Positions 8,938 to 17,591 of a stretch of 54,262 nucleotides of DNA are shown here, piece by piece. A program made the position numbers and the translations under genes. Numbering within the stretch: the stretch's first letter is position 1; each line of letters starts with the position of its first letter. This stretch comes from a virus (lineage: Duplodnaviria > Caudoviricetes): the IMG/VR virus record IMGVR_UViG_3300042935_001150, positions 1 through 54,262 of that record; one strand, given 5' to 3'. A model generated the notes under the pieces. That model did no database searches. It was not told the origin of the DNA and saw only the letters and a list, made by a program, of their open reading frames with translations.

Positions 8938-10640
8938 GTGATTCCTTACTAATATCAGTTAGTGTATGTAGTCGAAATTAACTTAATATTGGTTTTTCTA
9001 GTACCCAATTCAATATCAGTACCAACGTTGTATAATCCACCGTTGTCATGCCCCCAGTCTGCAAACCATACGGATCTGTCAGCGTCAACTGATCCAAATA
9101 GGTCGATACCTGATTGTTGTGTACCACTTGGACCAGGGCCTGCAGTAAATGTAGATTTTCCGGCTGGATCAAAGGGCATACCAGTAGTACTGTTCCAAGC
9201 ATTAGTTCCTTGGTAATAAAAAGTAGTACCATTAACAAAAGTGGTAAAACAATCCACAGTAAATAATTGATCGCCAACAGCGTCTTCTTCTGTACCACCA
9301 GCTACATAATAAACTACATTAGTGCTATAGCTTATTGCATTAGCAGTTATTGCTCCTGTAGTCAAGTTTACTTTGCAAAAGTAGGCAGTGGTTGTGCCAT
9401 ATCTACCAATAATAAACTGATTTACACCATCACTAATTGTATATAAAGTATTTGTGGGGGAGTTTGTACCTAAACCGCCACTTAATATTCCAGGCATTGC
9501 TGTACCAGAAAAATTATTGGTTTTGTATGTTCCTGAAGTAAGGTTTATCCAAACCCCGCTATTTGTCAAAGGAAACGTTACTATGGTAGCATAATTACCA
9601 GTTACAGCGGGGGTGCTAATTGGTTTCTGTATAAATGAACCTATTGGATAAGTGACTACTGAGTCAATTTCACTATTTCCAACAGTTGTAGTTGTTCCAG
9701 AAAATTTAGTATATAGATACGAAGTACCATCGCTTGCGGTACCGCCCCAATTGTTGGTATTAAATCTGGCCAATACACCTTTACCATCTGCATCCATAAA
9801 CAATGTATCGTGATCGTCATTATCTCCTTGTAGTATAGCTGATACAGATCCGTCAACATAAGACAAGGTTTGTCCAAGCAAAGAAAAAGCTGATTGTACA
9901 AGAGTAGTACTGCTTGTTTTTCTATAAGAAACTGTAATAGGCGTAGGCGTAGAATTACTGCCTATTGATATATTATACTTTAAATATCCCGAAGTTGGTA
10001 GTTCTGCCATTACTAACGGATTACTTGCAAGTTCGCTTATGTCAGTTACTGCTCCAATTCCTGTAGCATCATAAGTAGTAGTTCCTATTTGAGGTACTGG
10101 GCTAAGATTAACTGTAATACTAAAAGTTCTATCAGTGTCTTGAAACTGTGCATCTGTTGATCTAATAGTAAAAGTATAAGTTGTGGCTGCGGTTACAACA
10201 GGAGTAGTGCCACTTAGTACGCCTGTTGAGCTATTTAATGTAATTCCAGGAGGTAGTGTACCCGATAGTACACTATAAGTAATAGGGGCATCACCAGTTG
10301 CAGCTAGTGTAGTTGTAAAACTACTTTCTTTATTAGGATTACCTATATTACCAGCCGCTGTTGTCCAATTAGGAAAACCTGAATACTGTAATCCAGGAAC
10401 CGCTAATGCAGTTGATCCATCTGTATTTACAAGATAAATAATGTAACTGCCAGCTGGTTGAGCAGATGTTGTAAAAGTAATTTGTGTTGAACTAACACGA
10501 GTAACTACACTTGCTGGTACACCGTTTACTATTACACTAACACCAGGATTAAAATTAGTTCCTGTTAATGTAACAGTATCACCGCCTGTAGTATTAATTG
10601 CAGTATCGTTACCAGGGTATACAATAGCAGAAATGGTAGG
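8560..10640. repeat. dispersed ~260-bp direct repeat (about 8560-8825 and 10380-10640, diverged copy about 12000-12260)
   Basis: Long identical stretches such as CCAGGATTAAAATTAGTTCCTGTTAATGTAACAGTATCACC occur in both copies. Encodes the shared TIG domain. Confidence 0.85.
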
Positions 10641-10745
10641 GAAGTTGCCTCCTCCACCACCACCGCCTTGTATTGCAGCCGAACCTAAAACACCTTGAGC
10701 AGTAATATTTTGAGCCAATTTAGCTAGATTTTTTGCTTGACTCAT
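8955..10745 (-). CDS. modular adhesin: IPT/TIG + Ig-like + unique beta-rich tip
   Basis: First ~215 aa are paralogous to both neighbours. C-terminal region not recognised. Confidence 0.72.
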   Translation of the reverse strand: MSQAKNLAKLAQNITAQGVLGSAAIQGGGGGGGNFPTISAIVYPGNDTAINTTGGDTVTLTGTNFNPGVSVIVNGVPASVVTRVSSTQITFTTSAQPAGSYIIYLVNTDGSTALAVPGLQYSGFPNWTTAAGNIGNPNKESSFTTTLAATGDAPITYSVLSGTLPPGITLNSSTGVLSGTTPVVTAATTYTFTIRSTDAQFQDTDRTFSITVNLSPVPQIGTTTYDATGIGAVTDISELASNPLVMAELPTSGYLKYNISIGSNSTPTPITVSYRKTSSTTLVQSAFSLLGQTLSYVDGSVSAILQGDNDDHDTLFMDADGKGVLARFNTNNWGGTASDGTSYLYTKFSGTTTTVGNSEIDSVVTYPIGSFIQKPISTPAVTGNYATIVTFPLTNSGVWINLTSGTYKTNNFSGTAMPGILSGGLGTNSPTNTLYTISDGVNQFIIGRYGTTTAYFCKVNLTTGAITANAISYSTNVVYYVAGGTEEDAVGDQLFTVDCFTTFVNGTTFYYQGTNAWNSTTGMPFDPAGKSTFTAGPGPSGTQQSGIDLFGSVDADRSVWFADWGHDNGGLYNVGTDIELGTRKTNIKLISTTYTN

Positions 10746-10798
10746 TTGTTACCTTTATTATTGATTTGAGACCAAGATATTTTTTGTTTTATTTTCAT
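10742..10798 (-). other. 18-aa mini-ORF (MKIKQKISWSQINNKGNK)
   Basis: AAGGT upstream of the ATG, and its TGA overlaps the next ATG (ATGA). Confidence 0.4.
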
Positions 10799-10817
10799 AT
10801 AATTACCTTACTTTAAC

Positions 10818-12368
10818 TTATACTGGTATACGTCTGACTGCTCTTGTCCACGCCCCATAACTTCTTGGTATAACTTCTTGATGGCCAGCATCAAATCGTT
10901 GTGCTCGCCATTGATCTGTAGACCAATGCTCTGTAGAGCACCAGTATGGGTAGTTAGCGGTGCCTTGTGAAGGTTCAAAATGTTGACCGCCTCCTTGACG
11001 AAATGCTAAAGCAGTAGTTTGGCCAGGCACAGTAGAGGTGTAAGCAGTACCTATTGGTTCTGGAGCAACGGCATTTGTGTGAGTTGCCCCTGCTTGATAT
11101 CCTGTACCATTGCCTTCTGTTGGTTTTAAGAAAAAATATATTGTTTCAAGTTCATTTTTGGCTGGTAAATACCAATCACTATATCCGCCGGTAACTAAAT
11201 TTTGGCAGTATCGTGCCGGATCTGAACCGGTGGCATTGTCAATATTAGCTGTATTAGTTGGCCCATCTATTTCAGATGCGGCATTATTGTTGGTACCGTT
11301 TATAAAAGTTTTACCAAATACTTCTGTTGATTTAGGTGCAACAATTAAATAATGAGTAGCAACGCCGTTATTAGAAGTACTAATTTTACCTGCATAATAT
11401 CCGCCGCCCCATGCTTCGCCTATAACTGAAGGAGCAGGAGCAGGGGTGTTAATACTAGTACTTGCTGCACTTGCACTACCTGTACCTACACTATTAGTTG
11501 CAGTTACAGTAAAAGTGTAGCTTGTACTTCCACTTAATCCAGAAACAGTAATAGTTCCAGATCCAGCTTGAGTTACTGTTCCAGTAAGTCCGCCTGGATT
11601 ACTTGTTGCAGTATAGCTTGTAATTGTAGTATTGCCATTGTTAGCAGGAGCAGTAAAAGCTACAGTTGCAGTATTCCAACTTGTAGCAGTTGCGTTACCA
11701 ATAGTAGGTGCACCTGGTACTGTAAGAGCTATTACAGTTAGACTAAATGGTCTATCTGTATCTTGATTTTGCGCATCTGATGCACGTATAGTAAAATTAT
11801 AAGTAGTAGTAACACTTTCATCTGGTGTTGTACCTGACAATACACCCGTGCTGCTATTAAGTGTAATACCCGTAGGTAAAGTTCCGATTACACTATAAGT
11901 GATTGGAGCGTCGCCCGTTGCAGCAAGAGTTGCAGTAAAACTAGACAATTTATTAGGGCTTCCTAAACTGCCTGAAGCTGTTGTCCAAGCAGGTATTCCT
12001 GAATATTGAAGACCTGGTACAGCTAATGCAGTACTACCGTCCGTATTAACAACATAAAGAATATAGCTTCCTGCGGCATTTGCTGGAGCTGGAAAAGTAA
12101 TTTGAGTTGCCGAAACGCGAGTAACTTGACTAACTTGCGTATTGCCTACTAAAACAGTAATTCCAACGTTAAAATTAGTTCCGTTTATTGTAACAGTATC
12201 TCCGCCTGCAGTATTAGTAGCGGTATCGTTCCCAGTATACGCAATAGCAGTAATAGTAGGAGTGTTGCCTGCACCTGTTGTAGATCCTGTGCCGCCCTTT
12301 TCGGGACTTAGTAACCCTTCAGGAGTTACTCCTAGTGCAAATTTTGTTAGATATTGTGCTATACTCAT
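10818..12368 (-). CDS. modular adhesin: IPT/TIG + Ig-like + FN3 + DUF1566-like (C-type lectin fold) tip
   Basis: FN3 motif VPGAPT...GLSGSTSYTFTVTATNSVG. Tip motifs DWYLPAKNEL, YWCSTE and RAVRR. Confidence 0.78.
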   Translation of the reverse strand: MSIAQYLTKFALGVTPEGLLSPEKGGTGSTTGAGNTPTITAIAYTGNDTATNTAGGDTVTINGTNFNVGITVLVGNTQVSQVTRVSATQITFPAPANAAGSYILYVVNTDGSTALAVPGLQYSGIPAWTTASGSLGSPNKLSSFTATLAATGDAPITYSVIGTLPTGITLNSSTGVLSGTTPDESVTTTYNFTIRASDAQNQDTDRPFSLTVIALTVPGAPTIGNATATSWNTATVAFTAPANNGNTTITSYTATSNPGGLTGTVTQAGSGTITVSGLSGSTSYTFTVTATNSVGTGSASAASTSINTPAPAPSVIGEAWGGGYYAGKISTSNNGVATHYLIVAPKSTEVFGKTFINGTNNNAASEIDGPTNTANIDNATGSDPARYCQNLVTGGYSDWYLPAKNELETIYFFLKPTEGNGTGYQAGATHTNAVAPEPIGTAYTSTVPGQTTALAFRQGGGQHFEPSQGTANYPYWCSTEHWSTDQWRAQRFDAGHQEVIPRSYGAWTRAVRRIPV

Positions 12369-12398
12369 TAAAATTCCTTAAAAGGTGTTGAGTTATTG

Positions 12399-12884
12399 TT
12401 ATAGTCCTAGTGTCCAGTTTTGTGTAACTGTAGCCGTAGTACCCGTTGTAAGTACTACTGGATCATTAGATGTTGCCAAAAAGGTGCTTAATCGTTGCAC
12501 ACCACCGACACCCGGCCTTATCATACTTCCTAGCACTTTAGTAGATGGATATAATCCAGTTAGTGTAGTATTTAGTTGTAGACTGGTCAGCTCTGTTGTC
12601 AGCTTAGACACAGCAGCAACACCGGGTATTTTAATTACACCAGATAGTACGGTACCTGGTGCAAGAGTTGATGCAGTAGTGTTGGTTTGTAGACTTGTTA
12701 ACTCAGTTGTTAACTTCAAGACAGCGGCAACACCTGGACGTTTAATTACACCAGATAGTACGGTACCTGGTGTAAGTGTTGATGCAGTAGTGTTGGTTTG
12801 TAAGCTTGTTAGCTCTGTTGTTGACTTGGATAAAGAAAGAACACCAGGTGCAAAAGCTCGGCCGATTACTATTGTATCAGCCAT
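12399..12884 (-). CDS. hypothetical Thr-rich protein with three ~38-aa repeats
   Basis: TTELTSLQTNTTASTL.PGTVLSGVIK.PGVAAV repeated. Confidence 0.65.
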   Translation of the reverse strand: MADTIVIGRAFAPGVLSLSKSTTELTSLQTNTTASTLTPGTVLSGVIKRPGVAAVLKLTTELTSLQTNTTASTLAPGTVLSGVIKIPGVAAVSKLTTELTSLQLNTTLTGLYPSTKVLGSMIRPGVGGVQRLSTFLATSNDPVVLTTGTTATVTQNWTLGL

Positions 12885-12888
12885 GATT

Positions 12889-14124
12889 TTATGCTTTTCT
12901 TAAGAAAAACAGTTCAGGATAACTAGGGCTAGCCGTTCTAACTGGCACATAACTTTGACCATCAATTACGTACTCACTTGCAGTAACATAAAAATTAAGT
13001 CCGCTGCTATTATGACTCATGCCTTTGTAAATTCCTGGTACTTGGCCTGAGCAACCTTGACTACTGTTACCATAATTAAATACAATTGGATATGCTGGAG
13101 GTACTGTTAGTCCAGTAACTGGATCTGTAACTGGAGATTCTGCGGCCCATCCAGAACTACCATTATTACTTGGATATCCCATTGGAAACAATGGTCTTAA
13201 ACCACCACTCATATTAAATTGGTTCTGTGTAGTGCTATTGTAGTTTTGACCAGTAATTGAATTCATGCCTGTGGAATACCACGAGTAAAAGCCTCTCAGA
13301 CTAGCTCCACTTTGACTACCTGAACTATCAATACTTGCCATAAATGCATGAGCCCAATCAGTGTGTTGCGCGTTGCTGTTAACGTGATTGGAAGACCCAT
13401 TGTCTCCACAAAAACCAAAAGTTGCCCAGGCAGGATTGTCTGTTCGTCCTAATTCCCAGCCTGCTTGATTGCGTATACCATAGTACCACATTTGGTGTTG
13501 TTGTGCTAAGATTATATAGTTTGCAGTTATTGCAACATGAATATCATATCCTACACTTGCGTCAAATGGTCGTTGATAAGGATTATTAGTCCAGCTTGTA
13601 TCCCATGGCACTCCTAAACTGGTACCATTATACTGATTATAGTAACTAGGGTCACTACTCCAAGCACTTGAAGCAGGATTGTAGGAGGCGCCATTATGAC
13701 CACACCACATTTGTAATTGTGGATAGCTATCATACTGACTGTTGCTAAAATTATACTGGTTGGTACCAAGGGTCCAACGATACCAAGGCTGACTGCTTTT
13801 TCCTGAATCTCTGTATAGATCAACTCTTTGTCCAGACGCAGTAGCACTATAAGCAGTAGCCGCCGTTATATTATTACTACTACCCACTGTCCAGCCACCT
13901 GCTTCTGTATTACTTAATAGTTTAATACAATTAAAACTAGTATTTTTTGTTGATGTATTCGGATCAACAGGATTTACAGCAACAGGAGTTCCTCCGGCTG
14001 CACATGTTGCAAGTGAATGCAAAGCACACATAAAATTAAAACTTCTACTTTTTGCACTGGCCGCGATACCTGATCCGGAAGTTTGGGCTGCATTCCAGCC
14101 GCTTGTATTGATTATTGCTAACAT
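12889..14124 (-). CDS. hypothetical virion-type protein (Ser/Gly/Asn/aromatic-rich)
   Basis: 411-aa ORF tightly packed in the fibre cluster. Confidence 0.65.
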   Translation of the reverse strand: MLAIINTSGWNAAQTSGSGIAASAKSRSFNFMCALHSLATCAAGGTPVAVNPVDPNTSTKNTSFNCIKLLSNTEAGGWTVGSSNNITAATAYSATASGQRVDLYRDSGKSSQPWYRWTLGTNQYNFSNSQYDSYPQLQMWCGHNGASYNPASSAWSSDPSYYNQYNGTSLGVPWDTSWTNNPYQRPFDASVGYDIHVAITANYIILAQQHQMWYYGIRNQAGWELGRTDNPAWATFGFCGDNGSSNHVNSNAQHTDWAHAFMASIDSSGSQSGASLRGFYSWYSTGMNSITGQNYNSTTQNQFNMSGGLRPLFPMGYPSNNGSSGWAAESPVTDPVTGLTVPPAYPIVFNYGNSSQGCSGQVPGIYKGMSHNSSGLNFYVTASEYVIDGQSYVPVRTASPSYPELFFLRKA

Positions 14125-14128
14125 ATTT

Positions 14129-14971
14129 TTACTCCGTAACTATTGCGTAATCTATTGGGGCGACTATTCGCCGAACACCTGCGGTATTATAAATGCTATC
14201 CATGGCAAATAAACTAGTTCCTATTTTTAATAAGTTAGCAATACCATAAACTTGATTACCTTGTTGTGAAAATTGAACAAATGCAGGATTCTCAATAATC
14301 AGTGCGCTGCCTGCGGTATTTGTTTTTAATGTTGGATTTCCAAGAGTAGTTACAGTAGCAGTCATTGAAGTATATGCACTGTTAGGACCATCAATACTAT
14401 AAACATAAGGCACAACAATATTACTACTTGTCGCAGTAGTATTCATAATACACATTCTCATATTATCAGCATATGTTGCTGTAACTCCATTAGCACCTAA
14501 ATCAAATATACCAAATGTTGCACCACTTGTAAGACTACTAAACCAAATATTTTTAGGAGTTAATACAATGTTTATACCTGACGGAAATGCCGCACTACCA
14601 ATAAAAGTGTTTGGTTTTACGTTACAAGTAAGACTTGAACTATTTAATAGTGTATCAGTTCCTGATGTATAACCTTGTGCAAGCGCAAAATTAGTCCATT
14701 TTGCATCTAACCCTACTCCAGCATCAAATGTTAATCTGAAGTAGTGAGTATACGCAGCGTCTGTGCCATGTACTTTACTAAAAGTATTTGTGGTAGCATT
14801 AACTTTAGTATATGTGCCAGTTGGATATGATCCAGTAAAGGAACTATTTGTTGTATCAGCTCCAGCACTTAGTTGAGCAGTGCTTGTAATAGTACCTTCT
14901 ATAATACCAATTATATCAGCTTTAAACTGAGCGTTGGTTATAGTTGATAACATTCTATATTTAACTAGCAT
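14129..14971 (-). CDS. hypothetical beta-rich virion-type protein
   Basis: Start moved to MLVKYRM at 14971 (AGGAG RBS). Confidence 0.65.
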   Translation of the reverse strand: MLVKYRMLSTITNAQFKADIIGIIEGTITSTAQLSAGADTTNSSFTGSYPTGTYTKVNATTNTFSKVHGTDAAYTHYFRLTFDAGVGLDAKWTNFALAQGYTSGTDTLLNSSSLTCNVKPNTFIGSAAFPSGINIVLTPKNIWFSSLTSGATFGIFDLGANGVTATYADNMRMCIMNTTATSSNIVVPYVYSIDGPNSAYTSMTATVTTLGNPTLKTNTAGSALIIENPAFVQFSQQGNQVYGIANLLKIGTSLFAMDSIYNTAGVRRIVAPIDYAIVTE

Positions 14972-15260
14972 TTGGTGTCTCCTCATTGGGTTCTGTTGGA
15001 ACTTCGGGCTCAGGCTCAGGTAACGGAAGCTCACCTACTAACATAAATGTATCACTGGTAACTTCTGTTTCTCGAGTATACACTAGCCAATTGCCACGTA
15101 CTTCAGTTACTATACAATTAATTAAATTTGTACCAGCTGCTGTAGCAAAAGCTTCAGTAATATGTGCAACGGGGTTGCTGTCTTCAGGAACAGAAGCAGT
15201 GAATGTGTAGATTCTTGCTGGCTCAGTTCCAAATAATTCTTGTAATTTCTGTAAATCCAT
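14961..15260 (-). CDS. hypothetical acidic protein
   Basis: GGAG RBS and a Pro/Glu-rich tail. Confidence 0.65.
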   Translation of the reverse strand: MDLQKLQELFGTEPARIYTFTASVPEDSNPVAHITEAFATAAGTNLINCIVTEVRGNWLVYTRETEVTSDTFMLVGELPLPEPEPEVPTEPNEETPNAS

Positions 15261-15275
15261 TACTCTAACTCCTTG

Positions 15276-15698
15276 TTATAAATATTTCAATCTAACATAC
15301 AGGTCTTTGGCATCTGTAGCAGTGCCAGCAACGTCAAGAGTTAGATAATCACTTGTTGTTAATGATACGTTAATAACAACTGGTGTCATTATTACCGTGC
15401 CTGTAGGTATTGTAAAAGTTGTATCAATACTTGTACCATTTTTCTTTATGGTAAATGTTAAGCTACCATTAGCAGCACCAGATATATTTGCATACACTGT
15501 AGTTATAGTTACAGCTGCAGGTGAATAAAATCGCGGTACACCTGTAAAAGGAAGCACTATTGTTCCCAACATTGATAAATTAATATATCCACCAGTACCA
15601 CCACTGGTAGTACCTGTACCGCCTTTTGCGGCAGGGATAACACCTTCTGGCGATAAACCCTCTGCTAAATTTGCTAAACGAACGGCTATGCTGCTCAT
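15276..15698 (-). CDS. small fibre adaptor-like protein
   Basis: N-terminal peptide LAEGLSPEGVIPAAKGGTG is shared with the adhesins, followed by one beta-sandwich-like domain. Confidence 0.65.
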   Translation of the reverse strand: MSSIAVRLANLAEGLSPEGVIPAAKGGTGTTSGGTGGYINLSMLGTIVLPFTGVPRFYSPAAVTITTVYANISGAANGSLTFTIKKNGTSIDTTFTIPTGTVIMTPVVINVSLTTSDYLTLDVAGTATDAKDLYVRLKYL

Positions 15699-15799
15699 AT
15701 TATTTCCTATTAAAATAAATTAAGGTATCATTGCTATCAGTAATAGCACAGGATTTTTCCCAATAAACTAACCCTGCTAAGTAGTATAAGTACTGAGTC

Positions 15800-16492
15800 T
15801 TAAACAAGGATTTCAGGAAATAATTCTTTATGTATGTAATCATATGTCTCTGTTTCTGAAAATCCCAGCGATTGTAACACTCTGGGAGTATGTGGATTAC
15901 ATTTTTGTTGTTGACAGTAATAATTTTGCTTGGTAGTAAAGTCATTAGCCGCAACCATATCTTCGTATTTTAGTGCTGGTCGATGCTTAGATATATTGTC
16001 CAAGTAATAAATAAGTGATTTCTTGGAAATTTCTAAAATCACTGATAGTTCAAAATCTGTGTTGATATTACCAGCTGCAACCATACGATTGCTAAATATA
16101 TTACGTGCCCACTCGGGCAGTTCTCGGGGCTTTGCCCACGAAGTTGGTTCTACCAACTCTTGAAAATACTTGCACAGTGGATGTTCGATATCACCAACTG
16201 GCGAAAAATCTAAAAATGCACCAGTTATTTTATTAGTACCGGCTATAATGTCAAAGCCATATATTGGTGCAGTATCATATACATGAGGAAATATACATAA
16301 ATGCATCATGTATAGTTTTTTGCTTTCACAAGCATCTATAACATCTAGGTTAGCTCTACGCGTCCAAGCACTGGAGTAATTTCGTGTATACCATTGAGAA
16401 GTTTGTTCCGGCTCTATTAAAAAGGCTCTAGCTTCAAGTATTTGTTCCAATTCTTGGGCATGTGTTTTTAGTTTACTGAATATTGTGCTCAT
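15800..16492 (-). CDS. pcyX: ferredoxin-dependent bilin reductase, PcyX/PcyA-like
   Basis: Motifs LYMMHLCIFP, PIYGFD, GAF.DFSP, RELPEWARNIFS and QNYYC...NPHTPRV. Directly downstream of a heme oxygenase. Confidence 0.85.
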   Translation of the reverse strand: MSTIFSKLKTHAQELEQILEARAFLIEPEQTSQWYTRNYSSAWTRRANLDVIDACESKKLYMMHLCIFPHVYDTAPIYGFDIIAGTNKITGAFLDFSPVGDIEHPLCKYFQELVEPTSWAKPRELPEWARNIFSNRMVAAGNINTDFELSVILEISKKSLIYYLDNISKHRPALKYEDMVAANDFTTKQNYYCQQQKCNPHTPRVLQSLGFSETETYDYIHKELFPEILV

Positions 16493-17018
16493 TGGCTAGT
16501 TCTGTAAATAAGTCAAAAATCTGTTCAAAACAGTGGTTTGCTTCGGCAGCTAAATCGTCTGATAACTTTTCACGCAAATTTTGTATAAGCGTTTTTCTAT
16601 CAGAAAAATCGTACATACTACCATTGCCTGGAATTTTTGTTTTTATCATTTGACCGCCATACATATCGCCCATATGTCTTACATAAAGGTGAGCAAGCAG
16701 TTGTTGATTAGTTAAATTTTCTAAATAATCAACATACTTTATAGTTGCTGGATAAATTTTAGAAATTGGATATGTAGGTGTTAATTCATTAAAATCGTCT
16801 AAAATTGCTTGAGACCTTTTAATTGTTTCAATGTTTTTTAACAACCCCCGCTGTTCACAAAGAGTTTCCAATTTGTGATATGCGGGTAGTTGGTTGTATA
16901 AGTAATCAGCGTATACTTCTGCAGAAAGCTCACCGCTTACTAAACGTGTAGTAAACGGATGAGCTTCTGCGCGAGTGTGATTTTGATGTGTTAAATCTTT
17001 TAAAGACATAGTTACCAT
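16473..17018 (-). CDS. hemO: heme oxygenase (alternative start at 17009)
   Basis: Proximal His motif LKDLT...H..AE and distal helix HLYVRHMGDMYGGQMI. Confidence 0.92.
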   Translation of the reverse strand: MVTMSLKDLTHQNHTRAEAHPFTTRLVSGELSAEVYADYLYNQLPAYHKLETLCEQRGLLKNIETIKRSQAILDDFNELTPTYPISKIYPATIKYVDYLENLTNQQLLAHLYVRHMGDMYGGQMIKTKIPGNGSMYDFSDRKTLIQNLREKLSDDLAAEANHCFEQIFDLFTELANEHNIQ

Positions 17019-17209
17019 TTACCTTTTGGGCAACTTACAATATCACCCATTCTAATTTTTATTGGCATAAAACAGCCGCATTGGTTACAAATTTTTAAAA
17101 CATTGTTAAAATATTCGCAATCAGAACATAGTTGTTTTCTTTTTTCAACTAAAGAAATATCTAGTTCTTTATTGTCTATTTGTGTGTCCCAGGACCTTGT
17201 ATTTTGCAT
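17012..17209 (-). CDS. small Cys-rich metal-binding protein
   Basis: CxxC-x8-CxxCGC...CPKGKW, six Cys in 65 aa. Confidence 0.7.
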   Translation of the reverse strand: MQNTRSWDTQIDNKELDISLVEKRKQLCSDCEYFNNVLKICNQCGCFMPIKIRMGDIVSCPKGKW

Positions 17210-17224
17210 AATTATCTAAAGTTA

Positions 17225-17590
17225 TTAATATCCTGCGTTTGCTTTATAGGGCTCATTTTCGGGGGAAGGATCATAGAAAAAAGCATCTTTTTCTGCTTGT
17301 GTTTTATCACTTAGTGTATATCCTAGTACCCAAACACCATCTAATAATTCAGGAATAGTTTTAATAGCATAATTTTGAAGTCTAGGAGTGTATTCTTGCT
17401 GTGTTGGCATAATTAATTGAACTTCTGCTAAAATATACCCGTGTTGCAAAGCTTGTTCTGTTTGTTCAAACCATTCTTTTAAAGAAAATCTATCATCATA
17501 ACTTGAATTAGGATTTTCTTCTAGTAAATGTTCTTTTGTGTAAGGATACGTCTCAACAATATTATTTTTGATTTTTGCTAATAAATTCAT
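17225..17590 (-). CDS. fibre-associated hypothetical protein (assembly-like)
   Basis: YPYT...L..ENPN and P.L.DGVW motifs. Follows a Gly-rich adhesin. Confidence 0.6.
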   Translation of the reverse strand: MNLLAKIKNNIVETYPYTKEHLLEENPNSSYDDRFSLKEWFEQTEQALQHGYILAEVQLIMPTQQEYTPRLQNYAIKTIPELLDGVWVLGYTLSDKTQAEKDAFFYDPSPENEPYKANAGY

Positions 17591-17591
17591 T

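Noticed and set aside
7417-12368. Invertase or shufflon-type tip switching
   Set aside because: All copies are in direct orientation with their own starts, and no recombinase or inverted crossover sites were seen.
15700-15954. 84-aa ORF overlapping the end of the bilin reductase, and weak hairpins at 15730-15780
   Set aside because: It overlaps a confident gene by about 155 bp and has no clear RBS. The hairpins are short or imperfect and lack a good U tract.
15800-17018. Assigning a cyanobacterial host from the bilin genes
   Set aside because: The reductase looks PcyX-like rather than PebS or cyanobacterial PcyA, and no other photosynthesis genes are present. Spanins indicate only a diderm host.
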